Assembly (NCBI RefSeq): GCF_036490025.1
Contig: NZ_DASXEP010000175.1
Location: forward strand, 54,335 to 118,334
Length of the DNA stretch: 64,000 bases
From: Mycobacterium sp.
GTDB taxonomy: Bacteria; Actinomycetota; Actinomycetes; Mycobacteriales; Mycobacteriaceae
Direction: 5' to 3'
Shown: in pieces, positions 51,692 to 62,578 of the stretch
Layout: every line of letters starts with the position of its first letter
How positions within the stretch are numbered: the stretch's first letter is position 1
Translations under genes and position numbers: made by a program
The notes under the pieces: model-generated
What the model was told of the DNA's origin: nothing
Seen by the model: the letters and a program-made list of their open reading frames with translations, nothing else
The model's database searches: none

Positions 51692-52492
51692 ATGGATCTC
51701 GACGCACTGGTGGCCGAGGCGTCGGCCATCCTCGACGCCGCCGCCAAGCCGTTTGTCGCCGGTCATCGAGCGGACTCCGCGGTCGCCAAGCGAGGCGACG
51801 ATTTCGCCACCAAGGTCGACCTGGCCATCGAGCGCCAAGTTGTCGACGCGCTGGTGTCGGCGACCGGAATTCCGGTGCACGGTGAGGAGTTCGGCGGTGC
51901 GGATCTCGACTCGCCGTGGGTTTGGATACTCGACCCGGTTGACGGGACGTTCAACTACGCCGCCGGGTCGCCGATGGCCGCGATTCTGCTGGGCCTGCTG
52001 CAGGACGGAGATCCGGTTGCGGGGTTGACCTGGCTGCCGTTCATGAATGAGCGCTACGCGGCGGTGTCGGGTGGCCCGGTGATGAAAAACGGTGTGCCGC
52101 AGAAGCCATTGGCGCGTGCCGAGCTTACCGAATCGGTCATCGGCGTCGGAGCATTCAATGCCGATTCGCGTGGCCGATTCCCCGGGCGGTACCGGCTGGC
52201 GGTGATCGAAGAACTCAGCCGGGTGTCGTCTCGGATGCGGATGCACGGCGCCACCGGCATCGACCTCGCCTATGTGGCCGACGGCGTACTCGGCGGCTCG
52301 ATCAGTTTCGGTGACCACGTGTGGGATCACGCCGCCGGCGTGGCGCTGGTACGGGCGGCCGGCGGTGTCGTCACCACGCTGGCCGGCGAAGAATGGAAGC
52401 CCGATTCGCGTTCGGCGTTGGCCGCCGCCCCGGGTGTTCACGACCAGTTACTCGAGATGGTGCAGCGGGTAGGGCGACCGGATGAGTACTGA
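51692..52492 (+). CDS. impA: Inositol-monophosphatase-family protein embedded in the his operon
   Basis: The ATG at 51692 gives 266 aa. IMPase motifs [12 protein letters not shown] and WDHAAG. Confidence 0.85.
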   Translation: MDLDALVAEASAILDAAAKPFVAGHRADSAVAKRGDDFATKVDLAIERQVVDALVSATGIPVHGEEFGGADLDSPWVWILDPVDGTFNYAAGSPMAAILLGLLQDGDPVAGLTWLPFMNERYAAVSGGPVMKNGVPQKPLARAELTESVIGVGAFNADSRGRFPGRYRLAVIEELSRVSSRMRMHGATGIDLAYVADGVLGGSISFGDHVWDHAAGVALVRAAGGVVTTLAGEEWKPDSRSALAAAPGVHDQLLEMVQRVGRPDEY

Positions 52493-53279
52493 ATCCTCCT
52501 GCGGCACAAGCCTTGCGGTCCGGGTGATTCCATGCCTGGACGTCGATGACGGCCGGGTGGTGAAGGGCGTCAACTTCGAAAACCTTCGCGATGCCGGCGA
52601 TCCGGTGGAACTGGCCGCCACCTACGACGCCGAGGGAGCCGACGAGCTGACCTTCCTCGACGTCACCGCGTCGTCGTCGGGGCGGGCCACCATGCTGGAG
52701 GTGGTCCGTCGCACCGCCGAGCAGGTGTTCATCCCGCTTACCGTCGGAGGTGGGGTGCGGACCGTCGCCGACGTCGACGCGTTGTTGCGGGCAGGCGCCG
52801 ACAAGGTGTCGATCAACACCGCCGCCATCGCGCGGCAGGATCTGCTCGCCGAGTTGGCGGCCCAATTCGGTTCCCAGTGCATCGTGTTGTCGGTCGACGC
52901 CCGGACCGTGCCCGTCGGCTCGGCCCCGACACCGTCGGGCTGGGAAGTCACCACCCACGGTGGGCGGCGCGGCACCGGCATCGACGCGGTTGAGTGGGCG
53001 GCCCTCGGCGCCGGGTTGGGTGTGGGCGAGATCTTGCTCAACTCCATGGACGCCGACGGCACCCGGGCCGGGTTCGATTTGCCGATGCTGCGGGCGGTTC
53101 GGGCGGCGGTGACGGTTCCGGTGATCGCCAGCGGGGGCGCCGGTGCGGTCGACCATTTCGCGCCCGCGGTAGTCGCGGGCGCCGATGCGGTATTGGCTGC
53201 CAGCGTATTTCACTTCCGGCAGTTGACCATTGGGCAAGTCAAGAAAGCCATGGCCGCAGAAGGGATCACTGTGCGATGA
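52482..53279 (+). CDS. hisF: Imidazole glycerol phosphate synthase, cyclase subunit
   Basis: 265 aa with [16 protein letters not shown]. Overlaps the impA 3' end by 11 nt. Confidence 0.95.
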   Translation: MSTESSCGTSLAVRVIPCLDVDDGRVVKGVNFENLRDAGDPVELAATYDAEGADELTFLDVTASSSGRATMLEVVRRTAEQVFIPLTVGGGVRTVADVDALLRAGADKVSINTAAIARQDLLAELAAQFGSQCIVLSVDARTVPVGSAPTPSGWEVTTHGGRRGTGIDAVEWAALGAGLGVGEILLNSMDADGTRAGFDLPMLRAVRAAVTVPVIASGGAGAVDHFAPAVVAGADAVLAASVFHFRQLTIGQVKKAMAAEGITVR

Positions 53280-53623
53280 CACTCGCCCCTGACATCGCGG
53301 CACGCCTCAAGCGCAACGCCGACGGACTGTTCACCGCCATCGTGCAGGAGCGCAGCAGCGGCGACGTGCTGATGGTCGCCTGGATGGACGACGATGCGCT
53401 GGCCCGCACCCTGGAAACCCGTGAGGGCACTTATTTTTCGCGGTCCCGCGGCGAGCAGTGGGTGAAAGGCGCCACGTCCGGCCACACCCAGCGGGTGCAC
53501 TCGGTGCGGCTGGACTGCGACGGCGACGCGGTGCTGCTGGTGGTCGACCAGGTCGGCGGTGCCTGTCACACCGGTGACCACAGCTGCTTCGATGCCGACG
53601 TACTCCTGCAACCCGACGAGTGA
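53276..53623 (+). CDS. hisI: Phosphoribosyl-AMP cyclohydrolase
   Basis: The ATG at 53276 overlaps the hisF stop (ATGA) and gives 115 aa. Motif [25 protein letters not shown]. Confidence 0.95.
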   Translation: MTLAPDIAARLKRNADGLFTAIVQERSSGDVLMVAWMDDDALARTLETREGTYFSRSRGEQWVKGATSGHTQRVHSVRLDCDGDAVLLVVDQVGGACHTGDHSCFDADVLLQPDE

Positions 53624-53723
53624 CGGTCGGCGGTCTTCGAGGCGTGGTTATCCACAGTTGGGTATTCATCCACAGGTCGAGCATTTTGCGAGCAGGCTGA
53701 AAAGGTTGGGTCGCTGAAGGCCC

Positions 53724-53744
53724 TAAGATCGAAATTATGTTCGA
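53724..53744 (+). promoter_or_regulatory. -10 hexamer plus near-consensus mycobacterial SOS (LexA) box spanning the start codon
   Basis: TAAGAT (53724-29) lies 7 nt upstream of the ATG. TCGAAATTATGTTCGA (53729-44) differs from TCGAAC-N4-GTTCGA at one position. Confidence 0.55.
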
Positions 53745-55296
53745 TAATGCGCTGCCGGGTCTCGAGGAGCTGAAGTGCGCCGATGACTCGATGGTGGTGG
53801 TGGCCGCGGTCACCGGCTGGGCGAGGGTGGAGGCCGCCGCGTCAGCGCGCCGTCTTGCTGCCATAGCCGAGCTGGTGAGTGGCCGGGTCGAAGGCGGTTC
53901 TCCTGATTCCGGGCGGTGGTCGTGCGACAACTGGGATGCGATGGCCGCTGAAGTTGCTGCTGCACAAGGCGTTAGCCATGGCATGGCGTCGGGTCAGATG
54001 TATCTGGCCGTCGCATTACGTGATCGACTGCCCTGCGTAGCAGAGCTTTTCGCCGACCGCATGATCAGCTACTGGCTGGCGCGGACGATCGCATGGCACA
54101 CCGACCTGATCAAAGACCCCGAAGCCCTGCGGTTGGTCGATAAGACCATCGCCGACGACGCCGCCCTTTTCGGACCGATGTCGGTCAACAAGACGGTGCA
54201 AGCCATCGAGGCGATCGTGGATCGCTACGATCCCGGTGCGTTGCGACGTACCCGGGCAAACGCGCGCAGCCGCGACGTGGTGATTGACTCAGCCGACCAA
54301 CAGTCCGGCACCGCAGCAATGTGGGGCCGGCTGTTCGGTACCGACGCGGCCGTGCTGGATCGCCGACTGATGCAGATGGCCCACCAGGTTTGCGACGACG
54401 ATCCGCGTACCATCGCGCAACGCCGCGCCGACGCATTGGGGGCGCTGGCCGCCGGAGCCGAACGGCTACAGTGCGTTTGCGGCAAAGCGGATTGCCCGGC
54501 TGGCGCCGAAGGCGACCAACGCCCTACGGGTGTGGTGATACATGTCGTCGCCGAAGCGTCGGCGGTGAACGCGCAACCCGACCCGCACCTCTCGGGCGAG
54601 CGAACACCCCAACGCTTGGTACCCGGCGCACCATTGGTGCGGCCCCCTGACCCGGAACCCGACCCACCCGGCGGCTGGGCGGCCAAACCGCCGGCCGCGC
54701 TCATCACCAGCGGTGGCATGGTACCCACGCCGCTCTCGGCGGAGCTGATCAGAGGTGGTGCGAAGCTCCAGCCGTTGTGGCATCCCGGCAACGCCCCACC
54801 AGAATCGAGGTACCGGCCGTCGGCCGCACTGGAACGGTTTGTCCGCTGTCGGGATTTGACCTGTCGGTTTCCCGGCTGCGATCGACCTGCCGAGTTCTGC
54901 GACGTGGACCACACGGTGGCCTACGCCGATGGCGGGCCGACACATGCCTCTAATCTCAAATGTCTATGTCGAAAACACCACTTGCTCAAGACATTTTGGG
55001 CGGGTGCCAACGGCTGGCACGACGAACAGCGGTCGGACGGGACCATCGTGTGGACCGCTCCCAGCGGCCAGACCTACACCACCCGCCCCGGAAGTCGTCT
55101 ATTGTTCCCCAGCCTTTGCCTGCCAACCGGCGAATTGCCTTCTGTCCCAATGGTGGATCGACCGCAGAGCTACCGCGGGATGATGATGCCGGTGCGCCGA
55201 CGAACTCGGGAGCAGGACCGCGCGCGCCGCATCGACACGGACCGCGCACTGAACAGTGCTCATATCGCCGAACGCAACCAACCGCCGCCCTTCTAG
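53737..55296 (+). CDS. DUF222 / HNH-endonuclease domain protein (REP13E12-family type)
   Basis: 519 aa. The N-terminal region is typical of mycobacterial 13E12-repeat proteins. C-terminal HNH motif [32 protein letters not shown]. Confidence 0.85.
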   Translation: MFDNALPGLEELKCADDSMVVVAAVTGWARVEAAASARRLAAIAELVSGRVEGGSPDSGRWSCDNWDAMAAEVAAAQGVSHGMASGQMYLAVALRDRLPCVAELFADRMISYWLARTIAWHTDLIKDPEALRLVDKTIADDAALFGPMSVNKTVQAIEAIVDRYDPGALRRTRANARSRDVVIDSADQQSGTAAMWGRLFGTDAAVLDRRLMQMAHQVCDDDPRTIAQRRADALGALAAGAERLQCVCGKADCPAGAEGDQRPTGVVIHVVAEASAVNAQPDPHLSGERTPQRLVPGAPLVRPPDPEPDPPGGWAAKPPAALITSGGMVPTPLSAELIRGGAKLQPLWHPGNAPPESRYRPSAALERFVRCRDLTCRFPGCDRPAEFCDVDHTVAYADGGPTHASNLKCLCRKHHLLKTFWAGANGWHDEQRSDGTIVWTAPSGQTYTTRPGSRLLFPSLCLPTGELPSVPMVDRPQSYRGMMMPVRRRTREQDRARRIDTDRALNSAHIAERNQPPPF

Positions 55297-55305
55297 AGGC
55301 CGCGT

Positions 55306-55761
55306 TTACCGCGCCCGCAGCGTCTGCAACGCCTTGTCGGCGTGGCTGTCCATGCTCAATTCGCTGGAGATCACGTCAAGGACGGTCCGATTGGTGTCGA
55401 TGACGAAGGTGGTCCGTTTGACCGGCACCAGCTTGCCAAAAAGCCCACGCTTGACGCCGAATTGGTTGGCGATCGCGCCGCTGGTGTCTGACAGCAACGG
55501 GTAGTCGAAGCGCTGCGTGTCGGCGAATTTCGCTTGCTTGGCGACCGGATCAACACTGATACCCACCCGGCTTGCACCCACGGCAGCGAACTCTTGAGCC
55601 AAGTCTCGAAAGTGACAGGCCTCCTTGGTGCACCCGGGCGTCATCGCTGCGGGGTAGAAGAACAACACCACCGGCCCGTCGGACAGCAGAGCGCTCAAGC
55701 TGCGGGGGGTGCCCGTCTGGTCGGGCAGTTCGAAGTCAGCGACGGTGTCACCGGTTTTCAT
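55306..55761 (-). CDS. bcpB: Peroxiredoxin, BCP family
   Basis: The ATG at 55761 ([14 protein letters not shown]) gives 151 aa. Active site TPGCTKEAC. Confidence 0.9.
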   Translation of the reverse strand: MKTGDTVADFELPDQTGTPRSLSALLSDGPVVLFFYPAAMTPGCTKEACHFRDLAQEFAAVGASRVGISVDPVAKQAKFADTQRFDYPLLSDTSGAIANQFGVKRGLFGKLVPVKRTTFVIDTNRTVLDVISSELSMDSHADKALQTLRAR

Positions 55762-55821
55762 GGCCGTCACGCTACGCCAGTAGCGACCGGAGCGGATCTG
55801 TCCATCTGGGAGGATGGCTGC

Positions 55822-57363
55822 GTGCACGCCAACCTCGCCGCCGCCACCACATCGCGGGAGCACTTCCGCGGACTGGCCGCCGAGCATCGCGTGGTGCCGG
55901 TGACTCGCAAAGTGCTGGCCGACGCCGAGACACCACTATCCGCATACCGCAAACTGGCGGACAACCGGCCCGGCACCTTCCTGCTGGAGTCGGCCGAGAA
56001 TGGTCGATCCTGGTCACGGTGGTCGTTCATCGGTGCCGGTGCGCCGTCGGCGTTGACGGTGCGCGACGGCCAGGCGGTGTGGCTGGGCGCCGTGCCGCAG
56101 GATGCGCCCACCGGCGGGGATCCGCTCCGCGCGCTGCACGAGACTCTGGAGTTGCTGGCCACAGCGGCACTGCCGGGGCTTCCGCCGCTGTCGGGCGGCA
56201 TGGTCGGCTTTTTTGCTTACGACCTGGTGCGACGACTGGAGCGGCTGCCGGAGCTTGCGGTCGACGATCTTCAGCTGCCGGACATGCTGCTGCTGCTGGC
56301 CACCGACCTGGCGGCCGTCGACCACCACGAGGGCACCATCACGTTGATCGCCAACGCGGTGAATTGGAACGGCACCGACGAGCGTGTCGACGAGGCCTAC
56401 GACGATGCGATCGCGCGGCTGGATGTGATGACTACCGCGTTGGGCCAGCCGCTGCCGTCGACCATCGCCACCTTCACCAGCCCCGAGCCGCTGCATCGTT
56501 CCCAGCGGACCGTGGAGGAGTACAGCGCAATCGTCGAACGCCTCGTCGGTGAAATCGAGCGCGGCGAGGCATTTCAAGTGGTGCCCTCGCAACGTTTCGA
56601 GATGGACACTCACGTCGAGGCGATCGACGTCTATCGGATGCTGAGAGTGTCCAATCCCAGCCCGTACATGTATCTGCTCCATGTGCCGAATGATGAAGGG
56701 GGAACAGCATTTTCGATCGCAGGGTCCAGCCCTGAAGCGTTGGTGACCGTGCAGGACCGGTGGGCGAGGACGCACCCTATCGCCGGGACCAGGTGGCGCG
56801 GCCACACCGAGGAAGAGGATCAGTTGCTGGAAAAGGAGCTGCTGGCCGACGAGAAGGAACGTGCTGAGCACCTGATGCTGGTCGACCTGGGCCGCAACGA
56901 TCTGGGCCGCGTGTGTGTGCCCGGCACCGTTCGGGTCGAGGACTACAGCCATACCGAGCGCTACAGCCACGTCATGCATCTGGTCTCCACGGTGACCGGG
57001 ATGCTGGCCGAGGGGCGCTCCGCGCTGGACGCTGTGACCGCGTGTTTCCCGGCCGGCACACTGTCGGGCGCCCCGAAGGTCCGCGCCATGGAGCTCATCG
57101 AGGAAGTGGAGAAGACCCGGCGCGGCCTGTACGGCGGCGTGATCGGCTACCTCGATTTCGCCGGGAACGCCGACTTCGCGATCGCCATACGCACCGCGCT
57201 GATGCGCGACGGCACCGCCTACGTGCAGGCCGGCGGCGGGGTAGTGGCCGACTCCAACGGGCCTTACGAGTACACCGAGGCGACGAACAAGGCGCGCGCA
57301 GTGCTCAGCGCGATCGCCGCCGCCGAGACACTGACCGCCCCGGATGCCGATCGGAATGGCTGA
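55822..57363 (+). CDS. trpE: Anthranilate synthase component I
   Basis: The GTG at 55822 has GGGAGGA upstream and gives 513 aa starting (M)[13 protein letters not shown]. Chorismate-binding motif [12 protein letters not shown]. Confidence 0.95.
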   Translation: MHANLAAATTSREHFRGLAAEHRVVPVTRKVLADAETPLSAYRKLADNRPGTFLLESAENGRSWSRWSFIGAGAPSALTVRDGQAVWLGAVPQDAPTGGDPLRALHETLELLATAALPGLPPLSGGMVGFFAYDLVRRLERLPELAVDDLQLPDMLLLLATDLAAVDHHEGTITLIANAVNWNGTDERVDEAYDDAIARLDVMTTALGQPLPSTIATFTSPEPLHRSQRTVEEYSAIVERLVGEIERGEAFQVVPSQRFEMDTHVEAIDVYRMLRVSNPSPYMYLLHVPNDEGGTAFSIAGSSPEALVTVQDRWARTHPIAGTRWRGHTEEEDQLLEKELLADEKERAEHLMLVDLGRNDLGRVCVPGTVRVEDYSHTERYSHVMHLVSTVTGMLAEGRSALDAVTACFPAGTLSGAPKVRAMELIEEVEKTRRGLYGGVIGYLDFAGNADFAIAIRTALMRDGTAYVQAGGGVVADSNGPYEYTEATNKARAVLSAIAAAETLTAPDADRNG

Positions 57364-58003
57364 CGCCCCGGCCGCCAATCCGGGCCGGCTGACCATTCGG
57401 GTCGCCCAGGTCCTGCTGGTGGTCTCTGCCGGCGGATTGTGGGCAGCCTCGCGGCTGACCTGGGTCGACCTGCGCACGTTCGACGGGCTTGGCCCGCCGA
57501 AGCTCGTCACGCTGTCCGGTGCGGCATGGTCGTCGGCCCTGCTGCCGCTGGCCCTGGTGCTGGTGGCTACCGCCGTCGCCGCGTTGGCGGTGCGGGGGTG
57601 GGCGTTGCGGGCGCTGGCGGTACTGGTGGCAGTTGCCAGCCTGGCGACCGGATACCTGGCGGTGAGCACGCTGGAGATGCCCGACGTCGCTGTGCGGGCA
57701 GCCGAACTCGCGCGGGTGCCGCTGCTCGAGGTGGTGGGCAGCGCGCGTCATTACCCGGGCCCGGTGCTGACCCTGGCGACCGCGGTCTGCGCGCTGGGCG
57801 GCGCAGTGCTGTTGATGCGTGCGGCGGCCTCGGCCGGTCGCACCGCAACGAAATACCTGACGTCCGCAGCCCGCCGGTCGACTGCAGCGGGTGCGGAGGG
57901 TGTCGTGTCGGAGCGCATGATTTGGGACCAGCTCGACGAGGGCCGCGACCCCACCGAGTCCGGGCCGCCGCCGGATGACAATCGACACACCGAGGGTCGG
58001 TGA
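57344..58003 (+). CDS. Trp-operon-associated membrane protein (Rv1610-like)
   Basis: 219 aa (alternative ATG at 57356). About 4 TM helices. Overlaps the trpE stop and lies between trpE and trpC. Confidence 0.7.
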   Translation: MPIGMADAPAANPGRLTIRVAQVLLVVSAGGLWAASRLTWVDLRTFDGLGPPKLVTLSGAAWSSALLPLALVLVATAVAALAVRGWALRALAVLVAVASLATGYLAVSTLEMPDVAVRAAELARVPLLEVVGSARHYPGPVLTLATAVCALGGAVLLMRAAASAGRTATKYLTSAARRSTAAGAEGVVSERMIWDQLDEGRDPTESGPPPDDNRHTEGR

Positions 58004-58083
58004 CGGAGCGCGCGCCGGCGCTCGCTACCCTTCGAAGGACGCCGTCAAGAATCTGGCGGCGGCCGGGGAGAGGAATCGACAGC

Positions 58084-58902
58084 ATGAGTTCGGCAACCGT
58101 GCTCGACTCCATTATCGAGGGAGTCCGTGCCGACGTTGCCGCTCGTGAAGCTGCCGTGAGCATGCCCGAGATCAAGGCGGCAGCCGAAGCTGCGCCGTCA
58201 CCGCTTGATGTGTTGGCCGCGTTGCGCGAGCCCGGCATCGGGGTCATCGCCGAAGTCAAGCGGGCCAGCCCGTCGGCAGGCGAACTCGCGTCGATCTCCG
58301 ACCCGGCTGCACTGGCGTGCGCCTACCAAGACGGCGGCGCACGGATCATCAGCGTGCTGACCGAAGAGCGCCGCTTCCACGGCAGCCTCGACGACCTCGA
58401 CGCGGTGCGTGCGGGCGTGTCGATTCCCGTGCTGCGCAAAGACTTTGTGGTGGGGCCCTACCAAATTCACGAGGCACGCGCGCACGGCGCGGACATGCTG
58501 TTGCTGATTGTCGCCGCGCTGGATCAGCCGGCGCTGGAGTCGATGCTGGAGCGCACCGAATCGCTGGGCATGACCGCGCTCGTCGAGGTGCACACCGAAG
58601 AAGAAGCCGACCGGGCGTTGACGGCCGGCGCACGGGTGATCGGCGTGAATGCCCGTGACCTCCGGACGCTGAACGTCGACCGGGACTGCTTCGCGCGCAT
58701 CGCACCCGGGCTACCGTCCGACGTGATCCGGATCGCCGAATCCGGGGTGCGGGGCAGGGCCGACTTGCTGGCCTACGCCGGCGCCGGAGCCGACGCCGTG
58801 CTGGTCGGCGAAGGTCTGGTGACCAGCGGTGACCCGCGGGCGGCCGTCGCCGACCTGGTCACCGCCGGAAAACACCCGTCGTGTCCGAAGCCGGCACGCT
58901 AG
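58084..58902 (+). CDS. trpC: Indole-3-glycerol phosphate synthase
   Basis: The ATG at 58084 gives 272 aa with [11 protein letters not shown]. Confidence 0.93.
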   Translation: MSSATVLDSIIEGVRADVAAREAAVSMPEIKAAAEAAPSPLDVLAALREPGIGVIAEVKRASPSAGELASISDPAALACAYQDGGARIISVLTEERRFHGSLDDLDAVRAGVSIPVLRKDFVVGPYQIHEARAHGADMLLLIVAALDQPALESMLERTESLGMTALVEVHTEEEADRALTAGARVIGVNARDLRTLNVDRDCFARIAPGLPSDVIRIAESGVRGRADLLAYAGAGADAVLVGEGLVTSGDPRAAVADLVTAGKHPSCPKPAR

Positions 58903-58941
58903 GCGGGTGAACCCGATGAGCCGCTTGCACGTTGAGCGTCG

Positions 58942-60219
58942 GTGATGGCAGATATCTTGCGGCCGGACCTTCCGCGCTCCAGCGCAGCGATCGCCGAGCC
59001 CACTGACCACGATCCAGACTCTCGTGGTCATTTCGGCGTGTACGGGGGCCGGCTGGTGGCCGAGGCGCTGATGGCGGTGATCGAAGAGGTCACCGCGGCC
59101 TACGAGAAAGTGCGCACTGACCAGGCCTATCTGGACGAGCTGGACAAGTTGCAAAAGGATTACACCGGCAGGCCGTCGCCGCTCTATGAGGCCGCCCGGC
59201 TCAGCGAGCACGCCGGTGGCGCACGGATATTCCTCAAGCGAGAAGACTTGAACCACACCGGTTCTCACAAGATCAATAATTGTCTCGGTCAGGCCTTGCT
59301 GGCGCGGCAGATGGGCAAGACGCGGGTGATCGCCGAGACGGGTGCGGGCCAGCACGGGGTGGCCACCGCCACCGCGTGCGCGCTGCTCGGCTTGGACTGC
59401 GTGGTCTACATGGGCGCCGTCGACACCGCGCGGCAAGCACTCAACGTCGCTCGGATGCGGCTGCTGGGCGCCGAGGTGGTGTCGGTCGAGTCGGGCTCGA
59501 AAACTCTCAAGGACGCCATCAATGAGGCGTTCCGCGACTGGGTGACCAACGCGGACAGCACCTACTACTGTTTTGGCACCGCCGCTGGACCGCACCCCTT
59601 CCCGACGATGGTTCGTGACTTCCAGCGGGTCATCGGGCTCGAGACCCGTGTGCAAATCCAGGATCAGGCCGGCCGACTCCCCGACGCGGTCACCGCATGC
59701 GTCGGCGGGGGCTCCAACGCGATCGGCATTTTCCACGCGTTCCTCGATGATCCCGCCGTCCGGTTGGTGGGCTTCGAAGCAGCCGGCGACGGAGTCGAAA
59801 CCGGTCGCCACGCCGCGACATTCACCGGCGGCTCGCCCGGCGCGTTTCAGGGGTCGTTTTCGTATCTGCTGCAGGACGATGACGGGCAGACCATCGAATC
59901 GCATTCCATCTCGGCCGGCCTGGACTATCCGGGTGTGGGACCAGAACACGCTTGGCTGCGGGATGCCGGGCGGGCTGACTATTGGCCGATCACCGACACC
60001 GAGGCGATGGACGCGTTCGCGCTGTTGTGCCGCACCGAGGGCATCATTCCGGCGATCGAGTCGGCGCATGCCGTGGCCGGTGCGATCAAACTGGGCGTCG
60101 AGATGGGCAGCGGGGCAATCATTGTGGTGAATCTGTCCGGCCGCGGGGACAAAGACGTCGAGACGGCCGCGAAGTGGTTCGGCTTGCTCGACAAGGACGC
60201 GGGCAACGGACGATCATGA
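58942..60219 (+). CDS. trpB: Tryptophan synthase beta chain
   Basis: 425 aa. PLP-Lys HTGSHKINN and GGGSNAIG. Confidence 0.95.
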   Translation: MMADILRPDLPRSSAAIAEPTDHDPDSRGHFGVYGGRLVAEALMAVIEEVTAAYEKVRTDQAYLDELDKLQKDYTGRPSPLYEAARLSEHAGGARIFLKREDLNHTGSHKINNCLGQALLARQMGKTRVIAETGAGQHGVATATACALLGLDCVVYMGAVDTARQALNVARMRLLGAEVVSVESGSKTLKDAINEAFRDWVTNADSTYYCFGTAAGPHPFPTMVRDFQRVIGLETRVQIQDQAGRLPDAVTACVGGGSNAIGIFHAFLDDPAVRLVGFEAAGDGVETGRHAATFTGGSPGAFQGSFSYLLQDDDGQTIESHSISAGLDYPGVGPEHAWLRDAGRADYWPITDTEAMDAFALLCRTEGIIPAIESAHAVAGAIKLGVEMGSGAIIVVNLSGRGDKDVETAAKWFGLLDKDAGNGRS

Positions 60220-61028
60220 CCGTTGAGCAGAGCCAAAAAAGCGGTCTGGCAGAACTTTTCAGAACCTGCCGGGCCGACAACCGGGCTGCGCTGATCGGAT
60301 ACCTGCCGACTGGATACCCCGATGTTCCGACGTCGGTCGACGCGATGAAGGCTCTGACCGAATCCGGTTGCGACCTCATCGAGGTCGGTGTGCCGTATTC
60401 GGATCCGGGAATGGACGGCCCAACCATCGCCGACGCGGCCGAGGTTGCGTTGCGTGGGGGAGTGCGGGTCCGCGACACGCTGGCGGCCGTGGAGGCGATC
60501 AGCGCAGCCGGCGGCCGCGCCGTGGTCATGACGTACTGGAATCCGGTTCTGCGCTACGGCGTCGGCGCGTTCGCGCGTGACCTGGCAGCAGCGGGTGGGC
60601 ATGGTTTGATCACCCCCGACCTCATTCCCGATGAGGCCGACGACTGGTTGGCGGCATCTGACCAGCACCGGTTGGACCGCGTCTTCCTGGTCGCGCCGTC
60701 ATCGACACCGCAACGTCTGGCGGCAACGGTCGAGGCATCGCGGGGATTCGTCTATGCGGCGTCGATCATGGGTGTGACCGGTGCTCGTGACGCCGTGTCG
60801 AATGCAGCGCCGGAATTGGTGCGCCGGGTCAAAGAAGTTTCGGACATCCCCGTCGGGGTCGGGCTGGGCGTTCGGTCGCGGGAGCAGGCGGCCCAGATCG
60901 CACGCTATGCCGACGGTGTCATCGTGGGTTCGGCGCTCGTCTCTGCGCTGGCTGATGGTTTGCCGACCATGCGTGCATTAGGTCGAGAACTGGCTGCCGG
61001 TGTGCGCCAAAGGATTTCCACATCATGA
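60216..61028 (+). CDS. trpA: Tryptophan synthase alpha chain
   Basis: The ATG at 60216 overlaps the trpB stop (ATGA) and gives 270 aa. Motif [14 protein letters not shown]. Confidence 0.95.
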   Translation: MTVEQSQKSGLAELFRTCRADNRAALIGYLPTGYPDVPTSVDAMKALTESGCDLIEVGVPYSDPGMDGPTIADAAEVALRGGVRVRDTLAAVEAISAAGGRAVVMTYWNPVLRYGVGAFARDLAAAGGHGLITPDLIPDEADDWLAASDQHRLDRVFLVAPSSTPQRLAATVEASRGFVYAASIMGVTGARDAVSNAAPELVRRVKEVSDIPVGVGLGVRSREQAAQIARYADGVIVGSALVSALADGLPTMRALGRELAAGVRQRISTS

Positions 61029-62113
61029 CGACAACGGTCATCGCATACTTCCCGAGCCCGCCGCAAGGGGTATGGCATCTGGGGCCAGTCCCGATCCGGG
61101 CCTACGCCTTGTTCATCATCGTCGGGATCATCGCCGCGCTGTTGATCGGCGATCGACGGTGGGCGGCCCGCGGCGGCGAGCGGGGCGTTATTTACGACAT
61201 CGCGCTGTGGGCCGTACCGTTCGGCCTTGTCGGTGGCCGCCTGTATCACTTGGCGACCGACTGGCGGACATATTTCGGCGAAGGTGGGGCCGGACCGGCT
61301 GCGGCACTGCGCATCTGGGATGGCGGATTGGGAATCTGGGGTGCCGTTGCACTTGGCGGCGTGGGCGCGTGGATCGCCTGCCGGCGCCGCGACATCCCGC
61401 TTCCCGCGTTCGGCGACGCGATAGCGCCCGGCATCGTTCTCGCCCAGGCGATCGGCCGCGTCGGGAACTACTTCAACCAGGAGCTTTTCGGCCGTGAGAC
61501 CACGATGCCGTGGGGTTTGGAAATCTTTTACCGTCGAGACCCGGCTGGGTTCGTCGATGTGCATTCGCTCGACGGAGTGTCGACCGGGCAGTTGGCGATG
61601 GTTGTCCAGCCGACATTTCTCTACGAATTGCTCTGGAACCTAGTGGTATTCGCGGTACTGATCTACCTGGATCGGCGGTTCACGATCGGGCACGGTCGGC
61701 TGTTCGCGGCGTACGTCGCGCTGTACTGCGTCGGGCGCTTCGGTGTCGAGCTGCTGCGCGATGACACGGCCACGCATATCGCCGGCATCCGGATCAACTC
61801 CTTCACTTCGACCTTCGTCTTCATCGGCGCGGTGGTCTATCTGATCCTGGCGACCAAAGGCCGCGAAGATCCGGCGACGCTCAGTGGCTCGGCCGCCGAA
61901 CTGCTTGAACCGGACTCCGTCGACGACGCCGAGGGCGATTCGGCGCCGGAGACGACAGAAGCGTCCGAGCCCGCCCCAGACGTCGATGCTGAGGACGTCG
62001 ATGCTGAGGACGTCGCCGCCGAGGCCGACGCCGCTGAAGTCGACGCACCCAAGGTTGAAGTCGACGCAAGCCCTGAGCCCGATGACGCCGACGCCGAGCC
62101 GGACCACGACTGA
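61025..62113 (+). CDS. lgt: Prolipoprotein diacylglyceryl transferase with acidic C-terminal tail
   Basis: 362 aa. ATGA overlap with trpA. Motif GRVGNYFNQELFG. The last ~80 aa are D/E/A-rich. Confidence 0.93.
   Translation: MTTTVIAYFPSPPQGVWHLGPVPIRAYALFIIVGIIAALLIGDRRWAARGGERGVIYDIALWAVPFGLVGGRLYHLATDWRTYFGEGGAGPAAALRIWDGGLGIWGAVALGGVGAWIACRRRDIPLPAFGDAIAPGIVLAQAIGRVGNYFNQELFGRETTMPWGLEIFYRRDPAGFVDVHSLDGVSTGQLAMVVQPTFLYELLWNLVVFAVLIYLDRRFTIGHGRLFAAYVALYCVGRFGVELLRDDTATHIAGIRINSFTSTFVFIGAVVYLILATKGREDPATLSGSAAELLEPDSVDDAEGDSAPETTEASEPAPDVDAEDVDAEDVAAEADAAEVDAPKVEVDASPEPDDADAEPDHD
61979..62023 (+). repeat. 15-bp in-frame tandem repeat (two perfect copies plus one degenerate) inside the lgt tail
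   Basis: GACGTCGATGCTGAG occurs at 61979-93 and 61994-62008, followed by GACGTCGCCGCCGAG. These encode DVDAE-DVDAE-DVAAE. Confidence 0.85.
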
Positions 62114-62517
62114 TGTCCACTCCGGCCTGGCACGGTCGTCTGTACGCGGTGCTGGGGTCGGGCGCACTGTTGGCGGGTGCGCTCGGCTACGTCGGGCTGG
62201 TCGATCCGCATAAACCCGACTCGGTCTTTCCGATTTGCCCGTTCCGCCTGCTCACCGGGTGGAACTGCCCGGGATGCGGAGCATTGCGCATGACCCACGA
62301 CGTGCTGCACGGTGACCTGGCCGCGGCGCTCAACGACAACGTGCTGCTGCTGGTCGCCATTCCGCTGCTGGCAGGCTGGGTTCTGCTGCGCCGGCGCATC
62401 GGAAAGCCGCTGGTGACACTCCCGGCGGCGGCGAGCGTCGTGATCACCATGCTGGCGTGGACAGTGGTGCGCAACCTGCCGGGATTCCCACTGGTTCCGA
62501 CGCTGCTCACCCATTAG
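62113..62517 (+). CDS. DUF2752-family membrane protein
   Basis: 134 aa with CPFRLLTGWNCPGCG. The ATG overlaps the lgt stop (TGATG). Confidence 0.75.
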   Translation: MSTPAWHGRLYAVLGSGALLAGALGYVGLVDPHKPDSVFPICPFRLLTGWNCPGCGALRMTHDVLHGDLAAALNDNVLLLVAIPLLAGWVLLRRRIGKPLVTLPAAASVVITMLAWTVVRNLPGFPLVPTLLTH

Positions 62518-62578
62518 CCCGCTCCGCGATCCGGAACCGATGCGAGATGATCAGCTGGCGCGACTATGCTGATTCGTC

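Noticed and set aside
55762-55821. A Trp-codon leader peptide or attenuator upstream of trpE. I also looked for a His-codon leader upstream of hisD (47186-47273).
   Set aside because: The only mini-ORF in the trpE gap is 7 codons with no Trp. The hisD leader has no run of His codons. I saw no terminator/antiterminator hairpin pair in either gap.
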